Source: Chloroflexota bacterium (GTDB taxonomy: Bacteria; Chloroflexota; Anaerolineae; Promineifilales; Promineifilaceae). Taken from it: 64,000 nt of DNA. The position numbers and the translations under genes are program-made. Where the stretch lies: positions 11,612 to 75,611 of the forward strand of contig JAHDEB010000006.1 of NCBI GenBank assembly GCA_020629055.1. The letters are read 5' to 3'. The stretch's first letter is position 1. Each line of letters begins with the position of its first letter. Below, in pieces: positions 30,121 to 40,612 of the stretch. The notes beneath the pieces are model-generated. The model was not told the DNA's origin. It worked only from the letters and a program-made list of their open reading frames with translations, and did not search any database.

Positions 30121-31426
30121 GAAAATCCTAGATCGAAAGATTGACAATTTGTATCTGCCTTTGATATTAATTCTCTCTGTTGTTCTGAGAATTTTTAGCG
30201 CAGCCTACTTTGGAAATAGCGTCACTGCTCTTCCTGGCGTTCATGATCAACTCTCCTATCACAATCTTGCATTACGGGTCTTAGACGGCTTTGGCTTCAC
30301 GTTTGGCGAGCCTTGGTGGCCAATTACAAGGGCAGGAGAGCCAACGGCCCATTGGAGCTATCTATATACCACTTACTTAATTGGTGTTTATGGTGTCTTC
30401 GGCCGCTATCCGATCGTGGCCCGTTTAATCCAAGTAATTTTTGTAGGTGCACTACAACCTTACTTCACATACAAAGTGGGTGAGAGGACGTTTGGTAAAG
30501 CTGTCGGTTTGTTCGCAGCTGCTTGGTCGGCCGTTTACATCTATTTTGTCTACTATTCAGCAGCTTTGATGACAGAGCCTGTTTACATTACAGCTATCTT
30601 GGCCTCGATCTACTATGCATTAAACCTAAGTGAACCGAATAATGAAAAAAGCTGGAGATCAGCTCTGCTTTTAGGTGCCAGCTTGGCCGTAACGGTCTTG
30701 TTGCGCCAGCTGTTTGTACTGTTTGTACCTTTCATGCTTGTGTGGATTTGGTGGGCCAGCGGCCGGAAACGGGTTATGCAACTAATTGTTGTTGGCACAA
30801 TTTTAGCCGCTTCAATCCTCCCTCTTACAGCCTTTAACTATTCCCGCTTTGATCAGTTCGTCTTGGCCAATACAAATGCTGGATTTGCATTTTATTGGGG
30901 CAATCATCCCATTCACGGTACAAAATTTATTCCGATTCTCACTACCGAGACATATCGAGATTTGATTCCTGTGGAGTTACATTCTTTAAGCGAGGCTGAT
31001 TTAGAGGATGAGTTGATGGATCGCGCTATGGGCTTTATCGCAGAAGACCCTGTCAGGTACATTCAATTGTCGATAAGTCGTATTCCTAGCTACTTCATGT
31101 TCTGGCCATCGGTTCACTCAAGTACTTTGAGTAATATATCCCGCGTGCTTAGCTTTGGGGTTGCTGTTCCATTCATCCTAGTGGGTCTTTGGATTAGCCT
31201 GAAACGATGGAAATTCAACTTCACCGCCCCAGAAACATTGCTTTATTTATTCATGGGGTTTTATATCAGCATTCACCTGCTTTCGTGGGCTTTGGTTCGA
31301 TATCGATTACCAGTGGACGCAGTATTTTTATTGTTTTCCAGTTTAGCTATGGTTCGCCTCTTAGAACCTTTTGCTGATCGATTTAAATTTCAGAGCAAGT
31401 TGGCTGTAGAAGCTAGCAATTCTTAA
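30113..31426 (+). CDS. GT-C fold membrane glycosyltransferase (GT39/83, PMT/ArnT-like)
   Basis: 437 aa and polytopic. N-terminal loop GNSVTALPGVHDQLSYHNLA after TM1. The overall pattern matches PMT_2-type enzymes. 8-nt overlap with the upstream gene. Confidence 0.6.
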   Translation: MVKKILDRKIDNLYLPLILILSVVLRIFSAAYFGNSVTALPGVHDQLSYHNLALRVLDGFGFTFGEPWWPITRAGEPTAHWSYLYTTYLIGVYGVFGRYPIVARLIQVIFVGALQPYFTYKVGERTFGKAVGLFAAAWSAVYIYFVYYSAALMTEPVYITAILASIYYALNLSEPNNEKSWRSALLLGASLAVTVLLRQLFVLFVPFMLVWIWWASGRKRVMQLIVVGTILAASILPLTAFNYSRFDQFVLANTNAGFAFYWGNHPIHGTKFIPILTTETYRDLIPVELHSLSEADLEDELMDRAMGFIAEDPVRYIQLSISRIPSYFMFWPSVHSSTLSNISRVLSFGVAVPFILVGLWISLKRWKFNFTAPETLLYLFMGFYISIHLLSWALVRYRLPVDAVFLLFSSLAMVRLLEPFADRFKFQSKLAVEASNS

Positions 31427-31431
31427 AAACC

Positions 31432-32625
31432 ATGAAAGTTCTTTTTGTTGTACCTTACGTGCCGAACCTAATCCGAGTTAGGCCCTACAACTTGATTAAA
31501 TCGCTTTCAGCCTTGGGGCATGAAGTAACGGTATTGACCCTTTACGTGAATCAACAAGATCAAAACGATATTGAATCACTCAAAAAGCTGTGTCATGATG
31601 TTGTCGCCATGAAAATGCCGACGTGGAAATCTCTTTTAAATTCTGTTAAGGCGTTGTTTACTTCAGACCCTTTACAAAGTTTCTATTCTTGGGAACCCAA
31701 ACTCGTGAAAGAAATAGGAGATGTGAGTGCTTTTGACGTTGTTCACGTAGAGCATTTACGAGGCGCAAAATACGGTTTGTACTTTAAAGAAAACTTTGAT
31801 GTGCCAGTTGTTTGGGACAGCGTCGATTGTATTTCTCATTTGTTTGAGCAAGCTTCTAAGCAAAGCAAGAGCTTCTTTGGCTCCTTGATTACCAAAATCG
31901 ATTTAAAAAGAACTAGACGCTATGAAGGCTGGCTGATTAGCCAATTTGATAAAGTGTTAGTTACTTCTGCGGTAGACAAAGCTGCATTACTTGAACTATC
32001 AGAGCAAGATGTTACCAATGATGAAATCGTTGTTTTGCCGAACGGGGTTAATTTAGACTATTTTAAACCGGATGAGTCTGTTGCAAGAGAAGATTCAACC
32101 CTTGTGGTAACTGGGAAGATGAGTTACCACGCAAATGTAACGATGGTTCTGAATTTGATAAACCAAATTATGCCCAAAGTTTGGGAAACAGTTCCTGATG
32201 TTAAATTATATGTCGTAGGCAAAGACCCTTCTCCTGAAATCAAAGAAGCGGGCAGGGATTCAAAAATTATAGTGACTGGAACAGTAGATGATATGCGCCC
32301 TTACTTGCATAAAGCGACATTGGCGGTTGCTCCGGTTGTTTATGGGGCGGGTATTCAGAATAAAGTGCTTGAAGCGATGGCTTGTGGAACACCGGTAGTG
32401 ACCACGCCCCAGTCTGCCAGAGCGATTTCGGCCGTGTCTGATCAAGAATTTTGTATTGCAGATGGTGCAGAAGAATTTGCAGCCAAAACAGTGCGTCTTA
32501 TTCAGGATCGAATGTTTGCTGAAAAAATCGGCCAAGCCGGCTACTCATTTATGAAGCGCAATCACGATTGGATGTTGATATCTGATAGGTTAGAAGAGGT
32601 ATATGATGGAATCATCCATAGCTAG
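31432..32625 (+). CDS. GT4 glycosyltransferase
   Basis: MKVLFVVPYVPN, VVGKDPSPE and GAGIQNKVLEAMACGTPVVTT. Confidence 0.75.
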   Translation: MKVLFVVPYVPNLIRVRPYNLIKSLSALGHEVTVLTLYVNQQDQNDIESLKKLCHDVVAMKMPTWKSLLNSVKALFTSDPLQSFYSWEPKLVKEIGDVSAFDVVHVEHLRGAKYGLYFKENFDVPVVWDSVDCISHLFEQASKQSKSFFGSLITKIDLKRTRRYEGWLISQFDKVLVTSAVDKAALLELSEQDVTNDEIVVLPNGVNLDYFKPDESVAREDSTLVVTGKMSYHANVTMVLNLINQIMPKVWETVPDVKLYVVGKDPSPEIKEAGRDSKIIVTGTVDDMRPYLHKATLAVAPVVYGAGIQNKVLEAMACGTPVVTTPQSARAISAVSDQEFCIADGAEEFAAKTVRLIQDRMFAEKIGQAGYSFMKRNHDWMLISDRLEEVYDGIIHS

Positions 32626-34114
32626 TGAACCTACTTTAGACGTGCTAGCAACACGACAAGTAGAATATTCAATTTCACCATTGATGCGTAGCCGCCAATG
32701 GATCCTGCTTTCATTTGCGCTTCTAGTTTTAGATATGAGCATGACCTCACTGTCGATGTGGTTGGCTTTTATCATACGCTTTGACTCCGGGCTCTCACTT
32801 TTTCATCTCGAAATTATTCCAGACACCCCCTTTTACCTAAGATTGCAAGTTGGCCTATTGTTAATCACCCTGATTACATTTGCTCTGAACGGCCTTTATT
32901 ATCGAAAAAATCTGCTGGGTGGGGTTAAAGAGTACGGCCTTATATTTAGGTCCGTCAGCTTTGCAATGCTTTGCATGATTGTTGTCGGTTTTTTCTATCC
33001 CGTTTTGATTTTTGCAAGAGGCTGGATCGCATCTGCATGGATCATAAATATCTTATTGATTTCAATCGCTAGATATCTGGTTCGGCGTACGATTTATTCC
33101 CTTAGAAATTACGGATACTTTCTCAGCCCAACTTTGATCGTAGGAACCAACGAAGAATCGATTTCATTGGCAACACAACTATCTAGATGGAACACTTCCG
33201 GTTTAGACATTGTTGGGTTTGTTGATGATCAAAATGGTGAGCTGGGCAAAAAAGTTTTTGAGCATTTAAAGTATTTGGGCAATTTGGATTTGCTTGACCA
33301 CTTAATTGAAGCCTTTGATATCGAAGAAGTAATCATCGCCACGAGTGCGCTTACTCGGGATCAAATAGTCGACCTCTTTAAAAAGTATGGCCTTATGGAT
33401 CGCCTAAACCTGCGTTTGTCATCGGGTCTTTTTGAGATCATTACGACCGGGATCGAAGTGAAGGAGATGGCATTTGCGCCATTGGTTCAGGTGCGGAAAG
33501 CGCGTTTGACAGGGATGGACAAGTTTTTCAAGCGGTTTGTGGATTATATGACCCTGTTCTTGATGGCGATCCCTTTAATGTTCGTGTTTGCGATTATAAT
33601 TATTTGGGTACGACTAGATTCTAAAGGGCCTGCCCTCTATCGCCGTCGTGTGATGGGGATAAATGGAAAACAGTTTGATGCCTTTAAATTTCGTACCATG
33701 CACATCAATGGTGATGAGATTCTAGATCAACACCCAGAACTTAAAGCTGAACTTGAGCAAAACCACAAGTTGAAGGATGACCCACGTGTCACCCGGGCCG
33801 GTGTTTTGTTAAGAAAAACAAGCTTAGACGAATTGCCTCAATTGCTAAATGTATTTCTTGGCCAAATGTCGCTCGTGGGCCCTAGAATGATTTCCCCAGA
33901 AGAAACGAAAATGTACAAGAATTGGTCAACCAATTTGCTCACAGTATTGCCTGGTATGACGGGGCTTTGGCAAGTCAGCGGCCGGTCGAACATTTCCTAC
34001 GAAGACCGTGTCAATTTAGACATGCATTACATTCGGAATTGGACGATTTGGCTCGATTTACAGATATTAATTAAAACGATTCCCGCGGTTCTTAAGCAAC
34101 GAGGGGCGTATTAG
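32603..34114 (+). CDS. Polyprenyl-phosphate hexose-1-phosphate transferase (WbaP/EPS sugar-transferase family), priming enzyme
   Basis: N-terminal TM bundle and a central Rossmann-like segment (LIVGTNEES...VIIAT). C-terminal bacterial sugar transferase motifs [37 protein letters not shown] and [13 protein letters not shown]. Confidence 0.85.
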   Translation: MMESSIASEPTLDVLATRQVEYSISPLMRSRQWILLSFALLVLDMSMTSLSMWLAFIIRFDSGLSLFHLEIIPDTPFYLRLQVGLLLITLITFALNGLYYRKNLLGGVKEYGLIFRSVSFAMLCMIVVGFFYPVLIFARGWIASAWIINILLISIARYLVRRTIYSLRNYGYFLSPTLIVGTNEESISLATQLSRWNTSGLDIVGFVDDQNGELGKKVFEHLKYLGNLDLLDHLIEAFDIEEVIIATSALTRDQIVDLFKKYGLMDRLNLRLSSGLFEIITTGIEVKEMAFAPLVQVRKARLTGMDKFFKRFVDYMTLFLMAIPLMFVFAIIIIWVRLDSKGPALYRRRVMGINGKQFDAFKFRTMHINGDEILDQHPELKAELEQNHKLKDDPRVTRAGVLLRKTSLDELPQLLNVFLGQMSLVGPRMISPEETKMYKNWSTNLLTVLPGMTGLWQVSGRSNISYEDRVNLDMHYIRNWTIWLDLQILIKTIPAVLKQRGAY

Positions 34115-34340
34115 GCTAGAAGTTCACTCAGGCTATCTGCAGATTTTCAAGCCAAACGTTCATCGGCCTAATCTCCTATGGTTTTAGTAAGCAAATACTA
34201 ATAGGCCGATATATCATTTATAAGGCTGAGTAGTTGCCGTAAATTAGTTTAAGAACTTGCAGAACAACCTGCTGTTTTTGCGGCACTACCACATCCACAC
34301 CAACTGCTTCTTAAAAGAAGTAACATTCTGCACACTTTTT

Positions 34341-35321
34341 ATGATTATTGTTCAAACCCCACTAAGGGTAAGTTATTTTGGCGGCGGCACCGACTTTAAA
34401 GATTATTATTTGGAAAATGGCGGATGCGTATTATCCACTAGTATTGACAAATACATATTCGTAACAATAAAGGATCGATTTGACCGGAAACTGCGTATCG
34501 GTTGGACTCAAACTGAAATGGTTGATTCCGTTGATGAAATTCAGCATGAATTAATTCGAGAATCGCTTCAAAAAACAGGAATCACCTATGGAGTCGAAAT
34601 TACGACGATGGGTGATATTCCATCTCAAGGATCTGGTCTGGGATCATCTAGTACTGTAACCGTTGGCGCGCTACATGCGATGTACTCACTGAAAGGTGAA
34701 TTAATCTCCGCTAAGCAGCTTGCAGAAGAAGCATGCAGTATCGAACTTGATGTTTTGGGTAAACCGATCGGAGTGCAAGATCAATATATTGCGGCATTTG
34801 GTGGATTACGGGTCTTTAATTTTGGTAAAGATGGGGTCATTACCCAAGAACGAGTCAAGCTAGACAAGATTACACAGCGTCAGTTGAGTACCAACACTTT
34901 GCTTTTTTTCACAGGCGTGACTAGAAAAGCAGATAAAATATTGAAAGAGCAAAAATCAAACATTGAAGAACGCAAAGAAATTTTGTCTCAGATGAAAGAT
35001 TTAGTTCCGATTGCCCGAAAGGAATTAGAATTAGGCAACCCTCATGCGATAGGTGAACTATTACATCGCGGTTGGGAACTTAAAAAACAGATGGCCTCCA
35101 AAGTCAGCAATCCTCAGCTTGATGAAATGTATACAACAGCGCGTAAGGCTGGCGCAATTGGCGGCAAGATTTCTGGCGCAGGCGGAGGAGGTTTTCTTCT
35201 CCTGTATTGCCCGCAGGAAAAACAAGAGTCTGTTAGAACTGCTCTAAGCAATTTACAAGAGCTTTCGATAAATCTAGAAGCAGATGGATCGAAAGTGATC
35301 TTTAACTATCAAAGGAAATAG
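34341..35321 (+). CDS. GHMP-family sugar kinase, HddA-like (D-glycero-alpha-D-manno-heptose-7-phosphate kinase)
   Basis: [19 protein letters not shown]-terminus, GHMP motif [13 protein letters not shown] and C-terminal [16 protein letters not shown]. The start is set at the ATG at 34341. The ORF-track extension from 34257 is non-homologous-looking leader. Confidence 0.7.
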   Translation: MIIVQTPLRVSYFGGGTDFKDYYLENGGCVLSTSIDKYIFVTIKDRFDRKLRIGWTQTEMVDSVDEIQHELIRESLQKTGITYGVEITTMGDIPSQGSGLGSSSTVTVGALHAMYSLKGELISAKQLAEEACSIELDVLGKPIGVQDQYIAAFGGLRVFNFGKDGVITQERVKLDKITQRQLSTNTLLFFTGVTRKADKILKEQKSNIEERKEILSQMKDLVPIARKELELGNPHAIGELLHRGWELKKQMASKVSNPQLDEMYTTARKAGAIGGKISGAGGGGFLLLYCPQEKQESVRTALSNLQELSINLEADGSKVIFNYQRK

Positions 35322-35433
35322 CATTTCTGATTGATCAAAGATGATTTTTAGCTAAAAATAATTGATAGCAAGGCCATTCTATAATAGCCTTAGCTATAAC
35401 TTTTGAACGGAGCCCAAGAAAGGATATTAAAAA

Positions 35434-37083
35434 GTGGAATTAAGAAACTATATAACACCCATACAACGTTGGTGGTGGTTAATATTATTATCGGTTGTTT
35501 TAGCAGGTATCTCTAGCTTTTTCTTTGTAAGGCAGCAACCTGTTAAATATATTTCGAGCACCACATTAATGGTGGGGCAAGAGGCAATTAACGATCCAAA
35601 TCCAAACTCAAATCAGTTTTTCTTGGCTCAGCAGCTCGCAGAAATTTATGCGGATATGGCAACTCGTGATTTGGTAAAAGATTCCACTCAAAAAACTTTA
35701 GGAATGAACTGGTTGCCCGAATACTATGCCAATGCAATTCCTCAAACCCAGTTTATCGAAGTTGCGGTTGTTGACACAGTGCCAGAGCGTTCTGAAATTG
35801 TTGCCAATGAATTGGCTAGACAGTTAATTAAAATCAGCCCTAGTAATGTGTCTGAAGAAGAACAAATTCGGCAAGACTTTGTGGAAACGCAATTAGATTT
35901 ACTTCAGGTACAGATTGAGGCAACGGTTGAAGAGATCTTAATTAAAAGTGAGGAGTTGGGGGACCAATTTAGTGCTCGCGAGATTGCAAATGTCCGTAAT
36001 GAGATTGCTGCTTTAGAAACTAAGCGAAATACTTTACAAAGCAACTACGCATCGCTCTTGGCTCAAACGGGCAAGGGAGATATCAACGCCATAAGTGTAA
36101 TTGAACCAGCTTTTGCTTATCCAATTGAAACGGGAAAATATATGGCCGTGTTAACTGCCATGGTCGTAGCAGCTGTTTTGTCCATTAGCACGGCATTCTT
36201 GATCGAATATTTGGACGATACGGTTAAGCCACAAGATGATGCAATTGAAATTTTTGGTTTACCAAAGCTTGTTTCTCTCCCGGTTTTAGATTTTTTAAAT
36301 GACGAAGACCCACTAATTACTGTGAGATCTCCCTTATCACCAACGTCAGAAACGTTTCGGTCGTTACGGACAAGCATTCAATTTGCGAATTTAGATAAAA
36401 CAAATAGAAGTTTGGTTGTGGTGAGCCCTAACCAAAGTGAAGGAAAGAGCATTATTGCAGCAAATACAGCTGTAATTTGGGCGAAAGGGGGCAATCGAGT
36501 TCTTTTGATTGATGGCGATTTGCGTCGCCCGACCCAACATAAACTATTTAATCTTGATAGAGCCAATGGTCTTTCGACGATGTTACTGGATTATCAAGCG
36601 GATGAGCACGCGGATTTTGTCGGGTTTGCCAAACAATTTGTTCAAAGTTCACTGGTTCCTGGATTAGACGTTATAGTGAGTGGCCCTATCCCGCCAAGCC
36701 CTGCTGAGTTAATTGGCTCTAAGAAGATGGTAGACATTGTCGACAAGTTGCTAGAGATTTATGATTACATTGTAATCGATGCACCTTCTGTTTTGGCTGT
36801 GACTGACCCTGCAATCATTAGTAGCCTCGCTGATTCTACCGTAATTGTTGCATTCGTTAACAAGACACGGCGTCAACATATCAATGAGACCATTAATCGA
36901 CTTCGCAGAGTAAATGCAAACTTGGTTGGTATAGTTTATAACGGTGACAAAGAGCAGACACATCAAGTTTCATATGTAGAGACAGGTTCAGTCCAAACAT
37001 TAGATACTGTTGTTACCGATCTAGATATCGATGATTCCGGCTTAGAGGAAGACATCGAACCAGATTGGATCAACCAACTTTAG
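35434..37083 (+). CDS. Wzz-type chain-length-determinant domain fused to a BY-kinase (P-loop tyrosine autokinase-like) domain
   Basis: N-terminal TM, coiled-coil periplasmic region and a second TM (YMAVLTAMVVAAVLSISTAFLI). Walker A SPNQSEGKS, Walker A' LLIDGDLRRP and Walker B IVIDAPSV. GTG start. Confidence 0.75.
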   Translation: MELRNYITPIQRWWWLILLSVVLAGISSFFFVRQQPVKYISSTTLMVGQEAINDPNPNSNQFFLAQQLAEIYADMATRDLVKDSTQKTLGMNWLPEYYANAIPQTQFIEVAVVDTVPERSEIVANELARQLIKISPSNVSEEEQIRQDFVETQLDLLQVQIEATVEEILIKSEELGDQFSAREIANVRNEIAALETKRNTLQSNYASLLAQTGKGDINAISVIEPAFAYPIETGKYMAVLTAMVVAAVLSISTAFLIEYLDDTVKPQDDAIEIFGLPKLVSLPVLDFLNDEDPLITVRSPLSPTSETFRSLRTSIQFANLDKTNRSLVVVSPNQSEGKSIIAANTAVIWAKGGNRVLLIDGDLRRPTQHKLFNLDRANGLSTMLLDYQADEHADFVGFAKQFVQSSLVPGLDVIVSGPIPPSPAELIGSKKMVDIVDKLLEIYDYIVIDAPSVLAVTDPAIISSLADSTVIVAFVNKTRRQHINETINRLRRVNANLVGIVYNGDKEQTHQVSYVETGSVQTLDTVVTDLDIDDSGLEEDIEPDWINQL

Positions 37084-37490
37084 CCGTGAATGAGTAGTAA
37101 TTTAGGACTATTCTGCCCCATCTAAAGTGAACCCGTAAGAAACCAAAACTAGAATCGTCGAAACGATTAAGCAACACTGAATGCTGTATGAGTTTCCCAA
37201 TGTTAAACCTGAGATTGGGAGAAGAATTTTACTTATATATAGACAAGTTTTAGATGTGATGAGCTGTCAAGCTTGAGCTTATTTTGAAAATCAGTTTAAT
37301 GAAGGGTTGGGGAAAAAACGGAGGGTAAATTCCTCAGTTTTGTATGTGCATTTACAACCTCATCGGCAGGACAAAGAGTATGAAGTTTACTGCCAAAATT
37401 TGGGATTAAGCAGATAGGCTGCTGTATTTAGTTTTGTTTTGCACTTTTTTGTTCTAACTGATTTGGTTGCATTGTGAAGTAATTAAAGAT

Positions 37491-38714
37491 ATGAAAATTT
37501 TGATGATCGCCCCACAACCTTTCTTTGAGCCTAGAGGCACACCCATTAGCGTGTATCAAAGAGTTAATGCGCTTTCTAAGCTTGGACATGAAGTTGATCT
37601 AGTTACTTATCATCTTGGAAGCTCTCCAGATATCCCTAATGTAAATATTCATCGCACATTGCCTGTGCCATTTATCAATCAAATCAAGATTGGTCCATCT
37701 TGGGTGAAACCGATATTAGATTTACTGGTCTTTTTAAAGGCTTTGTTTATGTTGTTTCGGCGACGGTACGATGTTATTCATACTCATGAAGAAGCTGCAT
37801 TTTTTGCATATTTTCTTTCGCCTCTATTTCAAGTTCCTCACCTGTACGACATGCATTCTAGTTTGCCAAGACAGTTAGAAAGCTTTGGTGTAGGAAATTT
37901 CTGGCCGCTCAAGCAGATTTTCACCTTTTTGGAGAGCGCTGTTATTCGCTCGAGCGAAGCAATTATCACGATTGATAATGAATTGGCGGGAATTGTTAAA
38001 GAGATCAACCCGAATGCAAAACATATCAATATCGAGAATACGGCGGTTAGTTTCAATACCGGGTTCGGTGTTGAGAACAGTTTGCCGAGTGCGGCCGAAA
38101 TTCGCCAAGAATTAAAGTTGGACGGAAGAATGGCGGTTGTTTACACCGGAACGTTTGAGCGTTATCAAGGATTAGACTTAGTCGTTAAAAGCGTTGAACA
38201 AGTAAAAGATAAGCACCCAAACGTGATGTATGTCATGGTGGGTGGTAAGCCTCATCAAGTTGACGAGTTAAAAGACATTGTTGCAGAAAAGAAATTAGAA
38301 CAATGGATTCACTTTACAGGAATCGTTTCTCCTGAAGAAGCCCTTGTTTATCTTGACGCGGCCGATATTCTTCTTTCGTCTCGCATAAATGGAACCTCTG
38401 TTCCTTTAAAGGTGTATAGCTATATGCATGCGGCAAAACCGATCATTGCCACTAACTTAGAAGCACATACCCAAGTGTTTAATCCGAGTATGTCAGTGCT
38501 CGTTGATCCAACAATTGAGGGGTTAGCAGAAGGGGTTTTGAGCTATTTGGATAATCCAGAAAAAATGACAATGATGGCTAGACGGGCGAAAGATTATGCT
38601 AACGAATTTTACAGCACGGCAAGTTATATAAAACGTGTGGGCAATATTTATGAAATGTTGCAGACCCCGTATTACTTGTCTAAAAAAGGTGCCATGGGCG
38701 GCTTGGAGTTTTAA
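37491..38714 (+). CDS. GT4 glycosyltransferase
   Basis: MKILMIAPQPFFEPRGTP, YTGTFERYQGLD, MVGGKP and VPLKVYSYMHAAKPIIAT. The ATG at 37491 is preferred to the TTG-initiated 8-codon extension starting at 37467. Confidence 0.7.
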   Translation: MKILMIAPQPFFEPRGTPISVYQRVNALSKLGHEVDLVTYHLGSSPDIPNVNIHRTLPVPFINQIKIGPSWVKPILDLLVFLKALFMLFRRRYDVIHTHEEAAFFAYFLSPLFQVPHLYDMHSSLPRQLESFGVGNFWPLKQIFTFLESAVIRSSEAIITIDNELAGIVKEINPNAKHINIENTAVSFNTGFGVENSLPSAAEIRQELKLDGRMAVVYTGTFERYQGLDLVVKSVEQVKDKHPNVMYVMVGGKPHQVDELKDIVAEKKLEQWIHFTGIVSPEEALVYLDAADILLSSRINGTSVPLKVYSYMHAAKPIIATNLEAHTQVFNPSMSVLVDPTIEGLAEGVLSYLDNPEKMTMMARRAKDYANEFYSTASYIKRVGNIYEMLQTPYYLSKKGAMGGLEF

Positions 38715-40612
38715 TGTGCGGAATTTGCGGGATTGCTAGTCACACCATTATCGCCCCTAATGAAAAGCTAATTCTAGAGCAAATGAACGACACGATGGTT
38801 CATCGTGGCCCGGATGATTCAGGGTATTACATTGGTGAAAATGCGGCATTGGCAATGCGCCGTCTGAGCATTATCGATTTAGCCACAGGTCACCAACCGA
38901 TTTCAAATGAAGATGATACGATTTGGCTGGTATTTAATGGGGAGATCTATAACTATCAAACGATTAGGGAAGAACTGCTAAAGCGAGGGCATCAATTCAA
39001 AACAAACAGCGATTCCGAAGTGATTATTCATGCTTATGAAGAGTATGGTGATGATTGTGTTGACCACTTAAACGGGATGTTTGGTTTTGCCCTTTGGGAT
39101 TCAGCTCGGCGCAGGCTAATGGTTGCCCGAGATCGCGTAGGGATCAAGCCGCTCTACTATGCTCATCATAATGGGCATCTTGTTTTTGGCTCGGAGCTGA
39201 AGTCGGTTATCCAGCACCCATTTGTCCCTAGAGACCTTGACCCTGTCGCGTTGAATTATTTTCTGACGCTTGAATATATCCCATCACCATATTCGATATT
39301 CCAACACGTACGTAAACTTCCACCTGGGCATCGGCTCATTTTTGAAGAGGGTGATATTAGGATTGAAAAGTATTGGGACATCAAACATGATCCGGTTTCG
39401 ATGGGAGAGCAAGAGGCCCAGGAGAAGTTGGCTTGGTTGATTCAAGACGCTGTTCGTTTACGCCTTATCAGTGATGTCCCTTTGGGCGCATTTCTTAGTG
39501 GTGGTTTAGATTCTAGCGCGATCGTTTCATATATGAGTGAGGCATCGGCCCTAGAGACCCAGACCTTTTCAATCGGATTTCAAGAGGCTACGTATAACGA
39601 ATTGCCCTATGCCCGTTCTGTTGCCGCTAAATACAACGCGGTACATCGTGAAGAGATCTTGCAGCCAGATATTTTAGACTTAGCATATAAGCTTGTTGGA
39701 CATTTGGATGAGCCTTTGGGAGATTTTTCAATTTTCCCTACGTATTTGGTTTCGCAGATGGCTCGCAAAAATGTGAAAGTAGTTTTGTCTGGAGACGGTG
39801 GGGATGAATTATTTGGCGGGTATGATACTTATGTCGCGCAACACTACGCCAGTTATTATGAATATATGCCCAAGGTCGTACGCCAGCGTGTTTTGCCTGC
39901 GATACTGGATAGGGTGCCTCCACAGCCCGCAAAAAAGGGACCGATCAATAAGGCGAAACGATTTGTCGAAGGTGGTGCTTTGCCGGATTCTTTGCAGCAT
40001 ACACGTTGGATGATGTTTATGAACCGAGAAGATAAAGAAGATCTGTACTCGGCCGACATGTTGGAGCAGGTTACAGCTTCACCTGTGCAGGGATTGTTTG
40101 AAGATTATTTTTCTAAGGCCAGTGCTTTTGATCCATTGGCCCAACAACAGTATGTCGATGTGAAGACGTATATGGCAGATAATATTTTGACAAAGGTTGA
40201 TCGGATGAGCATGGCCGCTTCTCTTGAAGCAAGAGTCCCTTTGCTGGATCATCGGATCGTAGAATTTGGCTTGAATTTACCCACGCATATGAAATTGCAT
40301 AAAGGCGAGACGAAGCTGATTTTGCGACGAATCATGCAAAGTCGTTTGCCAGCCGATGTACTGAATAAGCCAAAAGAAGGATTTAGCATTCCTATCAAGC
40401 ATTGGTTGCGTGGACCGCTCAAGCCATTGATGATGGACCTGCTATCCCCAACTGCGATAGAGAGACAAAAATTATTTAATCCCAAAACAGTTGCCCGCTG
40501 GATCAACGACCATATGGCAGGTAAAGTAAACCATAGCCATCGATTGTGGGCCCTGATGGTTTTTGAATTATGGCAACAAAGCTTGCAACCCAAGGAGAAA
40601 ATGCCTGTATGA
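38714..40612 (+). CDS. Asparagine synthase (glutamine-hydrolysing) family amidotransferase, AsnB-like
   Basis: N-terminal nucleophile MCGI and PP-loop FLSGGLDSSAIV. 632 aa, full two-domain layout. TAATG overlap with the upstream gene. Confidence 0.85.
   Translation: MCGICGIASHTIIAPNEKLILEQMNDTMVHRGPDDSGYYIGENAALAMRRLSIIDLATGHQPISNEDDTIWLVFNGEIYNYQTIREELLKRGHQFKTNSDSEVIIHAYEEYGDDCVDHLNGMFGFALWDSARRRLMVARDRVGIKPLYYAHHNGHLVFGSELKSVIQHPFVPRDLDPVALNYFLTLEYIPSPYSIFQHVRKLPPGHRLIFEEGDIRIEKYWDIKHDPVSMGEQEAQEKLAWLIQDAVRLRLISDVPLGAFLSGGLDSSAIVSYMSEASALETQTFSIGFQEATYNELPYARSVAAKYNAVHREEILQPDILDLAYKLVGHLDEPLGDFSIFPTYLVSQMARKNVKVVLSGDGGDELFGGYDTYVAQHYASYYEYMPKVVRQRVLPAILDRVPPQPAKKGPINKAKRFVEGGALPDSLQHTRWMMFMNREDKEDLYSADMLEQVTASPVQGLFEDYFSKASAFDPLAQQQYVDVKTYMADNILTKVDRMSMAASLEARVPLLDHRIVEFGLNLPTHMKLHKGETKLILRRIMQSRLPADVLNKPKEGFSIPIKHWLRGPLKPLMMDLLSPTAIERQKLFNPKTVARWINDHMAGKVNHSHRLWALMVFELWQQSLQPKEKMPV

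Noticed and set aside
34257-34340. N-terminal extensions in the ORF track for several genes (also 27962-27976, 37467-37490, 40570-40608 and 61590-61646)
   Set aside because: Each extension starts at a non-ATG codon, or precedes a canonical family N-terminus ([41 protein letters not shown]) or an ATGA-coupled ATG. The shorter starts were adopted.
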